Source: Solirubrobacteraceae bacterium
Lineage (GTDB): Bacteria; Actinomycetota; Thermoleophilia; Solirubrobacterales; Solirubrobacteraceae
DNA length: 24,000 nucleotides
Assembly (NCBI GenBank): GCA_036270095.1
Contig: DATBDE010000048.1
Span: 8,644 to 32,643, forward strand
Direction: 5' to 3'
Part shown: positions 17,267 to 24,000 of the stretch, one piece after another
Numbering within the stretch: position 1 is the first letter of the stretch
Layout of the letters: each line of letters starts with the position of its first letter
Made by a program: the position numbers and the translations under genes
Notes under the pieces: model-generated
What the model was told of the DNA's origin: nothing
Database searches by the model: none
What the model saw: the letters and a program-made list of their open reading frames with translations, nothing else

Positions 17267-18031
17267 GTGCCGCCCGTGCCACAAGTCCGTGCGAGCTTTT
17301 ACACCGATCCGGGGGATCCGTGGTCGTGGGCGCTGGAGCCATCCGTGCGGCGCATGCAGGTGGAATTCGGCGCCACGGTGGCGATCACCTACGTGATGGG
17401 TGGACTCGCGCGCGAGATCACCGACCCCGTCGGGGCCGCTCGGACGTGGCTCGAGGCGGGTGAGCGGTCAGGCATGCCGGTCGATCCGCGCCTGTGGCTG
17501 GATGGTCCACCGGCTTCCACCTACCCCGCCTGCCTGGCCGTCGAAGCGGCCTCTGAGCAGGGTGATCCCGCGCGCTACGTGCGCCGCCTGCGCGAGGGCT
17601 TCGCGCTGCGCGGGCGCAAGCTCGACACGACCGAGGCCCTGGTCGAGGAGGCGCGGGCCACGCCGGGCCTGGACGTCGAGCGGTTCCGCATCGACCTGGC
17701 GTCCAACGCGATCGTGGAGCTGTTCGGCTCCGACCTCGAGCGGCTGCGCGCCAAGGAGCTCGCCGTGCCGGCGATCGAGCTCGGAGACGTCGTGCTGGAG
17801 GGGTTCGTGCCCTACGAGGTCCTGCGCGAGGCGGCGCTGCGCGCCGGGGCCGAGCCCGACGGCGCGGCCCCGCCGCCGGTCGAGTACGCACTGCGCCGCT
17901 TCGGGACGATGGCGGCCGCCGAGGTGGCGGCCGTGTGCTCGCTGCCCGGGCCCCGCGCCCCAGCCGAGCTGTGGGCGCTGGCCGCCGAGTGGCGCGCCCG
18001 CGAGGACCACGGGCTGTTCGCGCCGGTCTAG
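17267..18031 (+). CDS. DsbA-like thioredoxin-fold protein lacking the active-site cysteines (tentative family call)
   Basis: The N-terminus ..ASFYTDPGDPWSWALEP.. resembles the F.DP.CPW(C/A)W start of actinobacterial DsbA-family proteins, but reads DPWS where CPWC/CPWA is expected. The start is GTG 17267 or GTG 17276. The stop overlaps the convergent gene's stop. Confidence 0.55.
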   Translation: MPPVPQVRASFYTDPGDPWSWALEPSVRRMQVEFGATVAITYVMGGLAREITDPVGAARTWLEAGERSGMPVDPRLWLDGPPASTYPACLAVEAASEQGDPARYVRRLREGFALRGRKLDTTEALVEEARATPGLDVERFRIDLASNAIVELFGSDLERLRAKELAVPAIELGDVVLEGFVPYEVLREAALRAGAEPDGAAPPPVEYALRRFGTMAAAEVAAVCSLPGPRAPAELWALAAEWRAREDHGLFAPV

Positions 18032-19077
18032 CGGTAGCGCAGGCCCAGCGGCGGGACGGTCACCGTTCCCGGCGCGTCGACCACCCGGCCGATGGCGCGC
18101 GTGCCCGGGTGGCGAGCGCCCAGCAGCGCGGCCGCGGCGTCGGCGTGCGCCTCGGGCACGACGACCACGAACCCGCAGCCCATGTTGAAGACGTCGTACA
18201 TATCCGCGGAAGGCACGTCGCCGGTGCGCGCGATGAGGTCGAACACCGGCGGCACCGGCAGCGGGTCGGTGAGCTCATAGCCCACCCGCGCGTGCAGGCG
18301 CAACAGATTGCGCAGGCCGTCACCGGTGATGTGGGCCAGGCCGAGGACGGGGACGTCGGAGCGCAGGAGCTCGAGCGCCGCGCGCACGTAGATCACCGTC
18401 GGCTCGAGCAGGACGTCGGCGATGGTGGCGCCGCCGAGCGCGGGCGGCCGGTCGTCGAGGCCGTAGGCGCCGAGCAGCACCCGCCGGGCCAGGGTCAGGC
18501 CGTTGGCGTGCACGCCGCTGGAGGGCAGCCCGACCAGGACGTCGCCCGGCGCCGCGCGCTCGCCGGTGACCATGGCGTCGAGGCCGACGAGGCCCACGCA
18601 GGCGCCGGTGAGGTCGAAGCCGTGCGGCGACGGGTGGCCGCGGATGAGCTCGGGGAGCTGGGCCAGCTCGCCGCCGGGGATCTCGACCCCGGCCGCCTCC
18701 GCCCCCGCCTTGAGCCCGATGGCGATGTCCCGCAGCACGTCGGGGTCGGCGCGCTCGACGGCCAGGTAGTCGAGCACGGCGATCGGCTCGGCCCCCACGC
18801 AGACGATGTCGTTGACGTTCATGGCGATGCAGTCGATCCCGATCGTGCCGTAGCGGCCCGCCTGCTCGGCCACGATCACCTTGGACCCCACCCCGTCCGC
18901 GGACAGCGCCAGCCCGAGGTTGGGCGCGATCTCCAGCACCGCCGCGTAGTGCCCCGAGGCCAGGCGCGAGCGGCTCGGACGCCCGAGGTCGAGCGTGCGC
19001 AGCACCCCGACGAGGGCGTCGATGGCGCGGGCCGACTCGGAGGTGTCGACGCCGGAGTCCGCGTAGGCGTCGGTCAT
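18028..19077 (-). CDS. purM: PurM-family protein (phosphoribosylformylglycinamidine cyclo-ligase / AIR synthase-related)
   Basis: The ATG at 19075-19077 gives MTDAYADSGVDTSESARAIDALV... SADGVGSK, GIDCIAMNVNDIVCVGAEPIAVLDY, GGELAQLP and a C-terminal ..FNMGCGFVVVV.. parallel E. coli PurM (YKDAGVDIDAG, TDGVGTK, GIDLVAMCVND, GGETAEMP, FNCGVGM). No other pur genes are nearby, so orthologue versus paralogue is unresolved. Confidence 0.65.
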   Translation of the reverse strand: MTDAYADSGVDTSESARAIDALVGVLRTLDLGRPSRSRLASGHYAAVLEIAPNLGLALSADGVGSKVIVAEQAGRYGTIGIDCIAMNVNDIVCVGAEPIAVLDYLAVERADPDVLRDIAIGLKAGAEAAGVEIPGGELAQLPELIRGHPSPHGFDLTGACVGLVGLDAMVTGERAAPGDVLVGLPSSGVHANGLTLARRVLLGAYGLDDRPPALGGATIADVLLEPTVIYVRAALELLRSDVPVLGLAHITGDGLRNLLRLHARVGYELTDPLPVPPVFDLIARTGDVPSADMYDVFNMGCGFVVVVPEAHADAAAALLGARHPGTRAIGRVVDAPGTVTVPPLGLRYR

Positions 19078-19125
19078 CGCGCGGGACTCTAGGGGCGACG
19101 GCGGCGCGACGGCCTCTTGCAATCA

Positions 19126-19148
19126 CGAAACGGTACGGTACAGTTTCG
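19126..19148. promoter_or_regulatory. Near-perfect 23-bp palindrome, candidate TetR operator in the purM-like/tetR divergent region
   Basis: CGAAACGGTAC-G-GTACAGTTTCG has 10 of 11 arm positions complementary, checked base by base. It ends 5 nt before the tetR ATG and contains a TANNNT hexamer (TACAGT, 19139-19144). Confidence 0.6.
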
Positions 19149-19153
19149 CGACG

Positions 19154-19711
19154 ATGACTACCGGCGACCAACCCCGACAGGCCGCCATCGACGCCACGCT
19201 CGACCTCATCGCCGAGCGCGGCGTGCCCGGCCTGACCACCGACGCGGTGGCCGAGCGCGCCGGCATCAGCAAGGCGACGATGTACCGCCGCTGGCGCTCC
19301 AAGGAGGAGCTCATGCTCGACGCCGTGGCCTCGCTCGTGGGCGAGATCGCGGTGCCCGACACCGCCTCGTTTGCAGGCGACGTGCGCGCGCTGCTGCGCA
19401 ACGCGGTCAAGCTCTACGCCGACGACCGTCCGAGCCAGCTCTTCCCGCACCTCGTGGGGGAGATGGCGCGCAACCCGGCGCTGGCCGACGCCGTGCGCTC
19501 GGGTTTCCTGGCCCAGCGGCGCAGCGCGCTGTGCGCGATCGTCGAGCGCGCCCGCGCGCGCGGCGAGCTGCGGCCCGAGGTCGACACCGAGCTGTGCCTC
19601 GACCTCTTCGCGGGCGTCATCTACTACCGCTTCCTGATCACCGGCGGGCCGCTCACGCGGCGCGTCGCCGACGACCTCGCCGACGTGATCGTGCGGGGCG
19701 TAGCCACCTAG
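19154..19711 (+). CDS. TetR/AcrR-family transcriptional regulator
   Basis: The N-terminal HTH is AAIDATLDLIAERGVPGLTTDAVAERAGISKATMYRRWRSKEELM. The protein is 185 aa, typical of the family. Confidence 0.9.
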   Translation: MTTGDQPRQAAIDATLDLIAERGVPGLTTDAVAERAGISKATMYRRWRSKEELMLDAVASLVGEIAVPDTASFAGDVRALLRNAVKLYADDRPSQLFPHLVGEMARNPALADAVRSGFLAQRRSALCAIVERARARGELRPEVDTELCLDLFAGVIYYRFLITGGPLTRRVADDLADVIVRGVAT

Positions 19712-19720
19712 GAGGGCACG

Positions 19721-20539
19721 ATGCGCATCCACCCGATCCAGACCGGGACCGTCGCCGTCAAGGAGCGCCAGCGGGCGGGCAAGGGGCCGGGGCCGGCGCG
19801 GCTCCTTGCGACGCTGGCCGACCGGGACTTCACCGAGCCGCTGCCGATCCTGGCCTGGCTCGTCGAGCACCCCGACGGGCTCATCCTCGTCGACAGCGGC
19901 GAGACCGCGCGGGTGATGGAGCCGGGCTACTTCCCGGGCTGGAACCCGTACTTCAAGCGCAGCGTGCGCATGGCGGTCCAGCCCGAGGACGAGATCGGCC
20001 CGCAGCTGCGGGAGCTCGGCTTCGACCCCGCCGACGTGCGCCACGTCGTGCTCACCCACCTGCACACCGACCACGCCGGCGGCCTGCACCACTTCCCGGC
20101 CAGCGCGGTCCACGCGTCGCGCGACGAGCTCGCGCTCGCCACCGGGCGGCTGGGCAAGGTCTACGGCTACCTGCCCCACCGCTGGCCCGAGTGGCTGCAG
20201 CCGCGCCCGGTCGACTTCGACGGCCCCGCCTTCGGCCCGTTCGCGGCCAGCCACGCGCTGGCCGACGGCGTGACCCTGCTGCCGACCGCGGGCCACACGC
20301 CCGGCCATCTCTCCGTCGCGGTCCGCAACGGCGACGGGCTCGTGCTGCTGGCCGGCGACACCTCCTACACGGAGGCGCTCATGCACGCGGGCACCGTGGA
20401 CGGCGTCACGACCGACCCCGGCGTCTACCGGGAGACCACCGGGCGCATCCAGGCCCTCGTGCGCTCGGAGCCGGTCGTGTACCTGCCGACGCACGACCCC
20501 GACTCGATCAGCCGGCTGGCGGCAGCGACCCGCGAGTAG
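19721..20539 (+). CDS. Metallo-beta-lactamase-fold hydrolase (N-acyl-homoserine-lactonase-like)
   Basis: The HxHxDH motif (LTHLHTDHAGG) is present, with downstream His/Asp ligands (..AGHTPGH.., ..LAGDTSY.., ..THDP..). GGAGGG lies 5-6 nt upstream of the ATG. The gene starts 9 nt after tetR. Confidence 0.85.
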   Translation: MRIHPIQTGTVAVKERQRAGKGPGPARLLATLADRDFTEPLPILAWLVEHPDGLILVDSGETARVMEPGYFPGWNPYFKRSVRMAVQPEDEIGPQLRELGFDPADVRHVVLTHLHTDHAGGLHHFPASAVHASRDELALATGRLGKVYGYLPHRWPEWLQPRPVDFDGPAFGPFAASHALADGVTLLPTAGHTPGHLSVAVRNGDGLVLLAGDTSYTEALMHAGTVDGVTTDPGVYRETTGRIQALVRSEPVVYLPTHDPDSISRLAAATRE

Positions 20540-20550
20540 CCTCCCGCGCC

Positions 20551-21294
20551 ATGCTCATCCGCCCCGTGCAGGACGGCACGCTGGCCATCGGCCAGCTCTC
20601 GCACGCCTGGCTGGCCGGGCAGCTGGCGCGGGGGTGGGGCAACGAGCGCTTCGGGGGCGTGGAGCCGCGCGAGGACGTGGCCCTGGGCGCCGAGCAGCAC
20701 GACGTGGGCTGGGCGCTGTTCGACCTCGCGCCGCGTTGGAACCCCGACACGGGCCTGCCGCGCAGCTTCCTCGAGCTCACCGTCGACGACCATGTGCAGA
20801 TCTGGGGCGATGCCCCCACGCATCTGATGACCACGAGCCTGCACGCCGCCCTCGTGCTCTCGATGCACGGCGCGGCGCTGTCGGAGGCGCGCAAGGCCCG
20901 CGACGCCGACGCGGCCGCCAAGCTGCAGGAGCACATCGACACCGAGCACGCGCGCCAGACGGCGCTGCGCGACAGGCTCGGTTTGGCGGTGGAGCAGGCC
21001 GAGCGCACGCGCCGCCAGATGTGGACCTGGGACGGGCTGTCGCTGGCCCTGTGCCACGGCTGGGACCCGTTCGTCGCGCGGCACGTGCCCGACGCCGACG
21101 GCGAGCTCATCGACGTCGCGCTCGACCTGAAGGCGGGCACGGTGGATCCGTGGCCGTTCTCGACCTCCACGCTCGAAGTCGTGTGCGAGGCGCGTCGCCT
21201 GGCCGTGCGCTACGCGACCGAGCAGGACATGCACGCGGGCTACCGCGCTGCCCCGGTCGAGACGCTCAGGTTCGCGCTCGCCCCCGCAGCGTGA
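20551..21294 (+). CDS. DUF3891-like protein of unknown function
   Basis: ATG 20551 gives MLIRPVQDGTLAIGQLSHAWLAGQLARGWGNERF..LGAEQHDVGW.., which fits my recollection of DUF3891 N-termini (..Q..HA.LSG.LA..WGN..F .. HD.GW). This was not searched. It is only the C-terminal third of a 725-aa track ORF; the rest of that ORF is off-frame shadow over tetR and the MBL gene. Confidence 0.6.
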   Translation: MLIRPVQDGTLAIGQLSHAWLAGQLARGWGNERFGGVEPREDVALGAEQHDVGWALFDLAPRWNPDTGLPRSFLELTVDDHVQIWGDAPTHLMTTSLHAALVLSMHGAALSEARKARDADAAAKLQEHIDTEHARQTALRDRLGLAVEQAERTRRQMWTWDGLSLALCHGWDPFVARHVPDADGELIDVALDLKAGTVDPWPFSTSTLEVVCEARRLAVRYATEQDMHAGYRAAPVETLRFALAPAA

Positions 21295-22066
21295 CCAGCG
21301 CCGCGAGCGCCAGGCGGTAGAGCGCGTAGGGCGCGAGCGAGCGGTCGCGCTCGACCTGCTGGATCAGCCATGTCGAGCCCAGGGTGGAGACGAACGCCGA
21401 GGCCGTGCCGGCCACGAAGGCGCGGCGCAGCGGGCGCGGCACGCCGCGGCGGGCCAGCCGGGCGCCCTTCAGCGCCGTCGCCCCGAGGATGATCGGCAGC
21501 GCGACATGGCGCGAGAGCGCGTTGGCGTCCCCGCGCGTGAACCCGCGCGCCCGCGCGGCGGCGAGGGTGGCGCCGTTGCGCGAGACGCCGGGCATCAGCG
21601 CGCAGGCCTGGGCCAGCCCGAGCAGCAGGGCGTCGAGCGCGTCGGCGTCGTCGCGGTGGCGGCGCTGGGGGGCACGGTCGGCCGCGAGCATGGCCAGCGA
21701 CCCGACGGCCAGGCCGGCGGCGATCGTGGGCGGCGTGCCCAGGTGCTCCTCGATCGGGCGCTCGAAGCGCTTGCCCACGAACGCCGGGGGCGCGAAGGAG
21801 AGCGCGATCAGCTCGAGGCGGCGCAGGCTGACGCCGGGGATCTCGTGGCGCAGCGCGATCAGCAGGGCCGCGGCCGTGCCGGCGTGCAGCGCGACCTCGA
21901 AGGCCTTGCGCAGCTCGGGGTCGAGCTCGGCGTAGGGCCAGCCCAGCAGCCAGGGGACGAGCGTGATGTGGGCCGACGAGGAGACCGGAAGCAGCTCGGC
22001 CGGCCCGTGCAGCAGGCCGAGCGCAACCGCGTGCCGGAGCGGGAGCGCCTCAGCCGGTGGAGGCAT
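21266..22066 (-). CDS. uppP: Undecaprenyl-diphosphate phosphatase (BacA/UppP)
   Basis: The ATG at 22064-22066 gives ..AVALGLLHGPAELLPVSSSAHITLVPWLLGW... EVALHAGTAAALL and ..PGVSRNGATLAAAR.. match UppP signature regions. The upstream 126 codons of the track ORF are shadow over dedA. Confidence 0.88.
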   Translation of the reverse strand: MPPPAEALPLRHAVALGLLHGPAELLPVSSSAHITLVPWLLGWPYAELDPELRKAFEVALHAGTAAALLIALRHEIPGVSLRRLELIALSFAPPAFVGKRFERPIEEHLGTPPTIAAGLAVGSLAMLAADRAPQRRHRDDADALDALLLGLAQACALMPGVSRNGATLAAARARGFTRGDANALSRHVALPIILGATALKGARLARRGVPRPLRRAFVAGTASAFVSTLGSTWLIQQVERDRSLAPYALYRLALAALVTLRGRART

Positions 22067-22703
22067 CGGTCGCCGGCTCGGTCCGCCCGCGGCGGCGCCA
22101 CCAGCGCACGACGAGGTAGACGATGCCCACGACGATGGCGGCGGCCACGGCGTAGTCGACGTAGCTGAGCGCGTCCTTCCACTTGTGCCACCGGCCGCCG
22201 ACCTGCTCGCCGATGAACGCGAGCAGGAACACCCATGGGATGCAGCCCAGCAGGGTGGCGATGGTGAAGCGCCAGAACGGCATCCGCGCCGCCCCGGCGG
22301 GCAGCGAGATGAAGGTACGAACGATCGGGAGCATGCGACTGAAGAACACCGCCCACACGCCCCAGCGCTCAAACCAGCGGTCGGCTCGGTCGAGGCTCGA
22401 CTTGCGGATGTGCAGCCACTTGCCGTGCTTCTCCAGCACCTCACCGCGCCCGAAGTAGCCCACCGCGTAGGCGATCCACGAGCCCACGAGGTTGCCCGCC
22501 ACCCCGACCGCGGTCACCGCCAGCAAGGAGAAGTCGCCCTCGCTGACGTTGAAGCCGGCGAAGAGCATGGTCGCCTCCGACGGGATCGGGATGCACGCGC
22601 TCTCCGCCGTCATCAGGGCGAAGATGCCGGGCAGGCCGAGGTCGCGGACCACATCGGTCGCCCAGTTGGCAACCGTGTCCGTGATGGAGGCAACGACGAA
22701 CAC
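22050..22703 (-). CDS. dedA: DedA-family (SNARE-associated/VTT) membrane protein
   Basis: 217 aa with GTG start. ..GIFALMTAESACIPIPSEATMLFAG.., ..WFERWGVWAVFFSRMLPIVRTFISLPAGAARMPFWRF.. is typical of DedA. The 3' end overlaps the uppP start by 17 nt. Confidence 0.88.
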   Translation of the reverse strand: MFVVASITDTVANWATDVVRDLGLPGIFALMTAESACIPIPSEATMLFAGFNVSEGDFSLLAVTAVGVAGNLVGSWIAYAVGYFGRGEVLEKHGKWLHIRKSSLDRADRWFERWGVWAVFFSRMLPIVRTFISLPAGAARMPFWRFTIATLLGCIPWVFLLAFIGEQVGGRWHKWKDALSYVDYAVAAAIVVGIVYLVVRWWRRRGRTEPATDASTG

Positions 22704-22719
22704 GAGCCGCTCTAGGGTA

Positions 22720-23823
22720 GTGCGCGCCTTGCCGGTCTCCCTGTTCGATACCGCAACGCCCCTGGAGCCGCTGCGCGAGCGCCTGCACGCTGCGGCGGCT
22801 CAGGTGCTCGACTCGGGCCGCTACATCCTCGGCCCCGAGGTGGCCGCGTTCGAGCGCGAGCTCGCCGACCACCTAGGCGTGCGCCACGTCGTCGGTGTGG
22901 CCAACGGCACCGACGCGCTCAGCCTCGCGCTCATGGGCATGGGGGTCGGGCCGGGCGACGACGTGGTGGTGCCGTCGTTCACCTTCTACGCCTCGGTGGA
23001 GGCGATCGCCGACCTCGGCGCGCGGCCGGTGTTCTGCGACGTCGACCCCGACACGGCGTGCGTGACGCCGCAGGCCGTGTCGGCCGCGCTGACCGCGGAC
23101 ACGAAGGCGGTGGTGACCGTCGACCTGTTCGGCAACGTCGCCCCCAACGCGGAGATCGAGGCGCTCGGGGTGCCCGTGCTCGAGGACGCGGCCCAGGCGA
23201 TCGGCGGCAGCCGCAACGGCCGGGCCGCGGGGAGCTTCGGCATCGCGGCGACGCTCTCGTTCTTCCCGTCCAAGAACCTGGGGGCGTTCGGCGACGCCGG
23301 CGCCGTTGCCACCGACGACGACGCGATGGCCGAGCGGGTGCGCATGCTGCGCTTCCACGGCTCGCGCGACAAGCGGACGTTCGAGCTCGTCGGACGCAAC
23401 TCGCGCCTGGACGAGCTGCAGGCGGCGCTCCTGCGCGTGCAGCTGCCCGAGCTCGACGGCTGGGCGGCGGCGCGGCGCGCGGTGGCGCGGGAATACGCCG
23501 AGGCGGGACTGGGGGAGCTGGTGGCGCTGCCGGAGCCGGTCGCGGGAGCCGAGCCCGCCTGGCACCTGTACGTCGTGCGCTCGGCGCAGGCCGAGGCGCT
23601 CGAGGCGGCGCTGAACGCCGCCGGGATCGGGGCGCGGCGGTACTACACGGTGCCGGTCCACCGTCAGCCCGCGATGGCCGGGGTGGCGCCCGGGCTCGAG
23701 CTTCCCATGACCGACGAGCTGGCCCGCACCAACCTCGCGCTGCCCATGAGCCCGGCCCTGCGGGCCGACCAGGTGGCCGAAGTCGTTGCGTCGGTGAGAG
23801 CGTGCGCGTCTGGGTCGACCTGA
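22720..23823 (+). CDS. DegT/DnrJ/EryC1/StrS-family PLP-dependent sugar aminotransferase
   Basis: ..SGRYILGPEVAAFERELADHLGVRHVVGVANGTDALSLAL.. is present, with the Schiff-base lysine context SFFPSKNLGAFGDAG. The start is GTG 22720 or TTG 22729. Confidence 0.88.
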   Translation: MRALPVSLFDTATPLEPLRERLHAAAAQVLDSGRYILGPEVAAFERELADHLGVRHVVGVANGTDALSLALMGMGVGPGDDVVVPSFTFYASVEAIADLGARPVFCDVDPDTACVTPQAVSAALTADTKAVVTVDLFGNVAPNAEIEALGVPVLEDAAQAIGGSRNGRAAGSFGIAATLSFFPSKNLGAFGDAGAVATDDDAMAERVRMLRFHGSRDKRTFELVGRNSRLDELQAALLRVQLPELDGWAAARRAVAREYAEAGLGELVALPEPVAGAEPAWHLYVVRSAQAEALEAALNAAGIGARRYYTVPVHRQPAMAGVAPGLELPMTDELARTNLALPMSPALRADQVAEVVASVRACASGST

Positions 23824-24000
23824 CCAACTCGCCGCACGTCCTCGTCCTCCGTCCGGTTATCGCCGCGCTGCGCGCGCGGGGCTTCGAGGTGGAGGTGACG
23901 GCGCGGGACTTCGCCCAGACGCTGGCGCTCTGCCGGCGTTTCGGGATCGTGCACACGCCGATCGGCGCGCACGCCGGCCGCGGCGTCGTGGGCAAGGCGG
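23802..24000 (+). CDS. DUF354-family protein (glycosyltransferase-like), 5' fragment running off the window
   Basis: My own translation from GTG 23802 is VRVWVDLTNSPHVLVLRPVIAALRARGFEVEVTARDFAQTLALCRRFGIVHTPIGAHAG... This resembles the DUF354 N-terminus (..I.IDI.NSPHV.FF.PII..L...GHEV..TARD.....L). It overlaps the DegT 3' end by 22 nt and is not in the supplied ORF track because it is truncated. Confidence 0.6.
   Translation, partial: MRVWVDLTNSPHVLVLRPVIAALRARGFEVEVTARDFAQTLALCRRFGIVHTPIGAHAGRGVVGKA

Noticed and set aside
14853-17396. 847-aa plus-strand ORF covering ddl (off-frame) and the antisense of the third kinase
   Set aside because: It has the same shadow-ORF signature: Arg/Ala/Gly/Pro-rich with no motifs. 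The real genes in this interval are strongly supported.
18320-20494. 724-aa minus-strand ORF, and the related 19117-21294 plus-strand ORF (725 aa)
   Set aside because: Both run through the PurM-family, tetR and MBL genes in wrong frames or strands. Only the last third of the 725-aa ORF (from ATG 20551) has protein-like composition, and that part is called as the DUF3891-like gene.
1-24000. Mobile elements, prophage genes, CRISPR arrays, toxin-antitoxin pairs, or compositional islands
   Set aside because: I saw no transposase, integrase or recombinase-like ORF, no terminal inverted repeats, and no regularly spaced direct repeats. By eye there is no stretch of clearly deviant base composition. 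The whole window looks like native core genome.

Overview
Very GC-rich (about 70% by eye), almost fully coding window with tight or overlapping gene junctions. It looks like core chromosome of a high-GC Actinomycetota-type organism, near the gyrA / origin-proximal region; the taxon is an inference only. I found no mobile elements, CRISPR arrays, tRNA/rRNA genes or recognisable defence islands. Content from left to right: (1) the 3' part of gyrA, then a 254-bp convergent intergenic region. (2) A minus-strand block of DUF4446-like, pheA, stand-alone HNH and GGCT-like genes, closed by one strong hairpin terminator. (3) A membrane-anchored protein divergent from a roughly 10-kb plus-strand operon: polytopic Hanks kinase, fhaA, fhaB, pstP, rodA, pbpA, pknB (4 PASTA), ddl. 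This is a variant of the classical actinobacterial FHA/PP2C/SEDS/PBP/kinase cell-wall cluster. (4) A third Hanks kinase, convergent, with a beta-sandwich ectodomain. (5) A Cys-less DsbA-like protein and a PurM-family protein. (6) A TetR / MBL-hydrolase / DUF3891 module with a near-perfect 23-bp palindromic operator. (7) An overlapping dedA-uppP pair (undecaprenyl-phosphate recycling), then a DegT aminotransferase and a DUF354 gene starting a glycan cluster. I do not see a clear-cut new system. The points most worth follow-up are the kinase fused to an 8-9 helix membrane domain just upstream of fhaA, an intergenic hairpin whose loop is complementary to the 16S rRNA 3' tail with no annotated gene behind it, and a GGCT-like gene whose conserved N-terminal motif has no canonical start codon upstream. 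The many long Arg/Ala/Gly/Pro-rich ORFs in the track are antisense or off-frame shadows typical of high-GC DNA.
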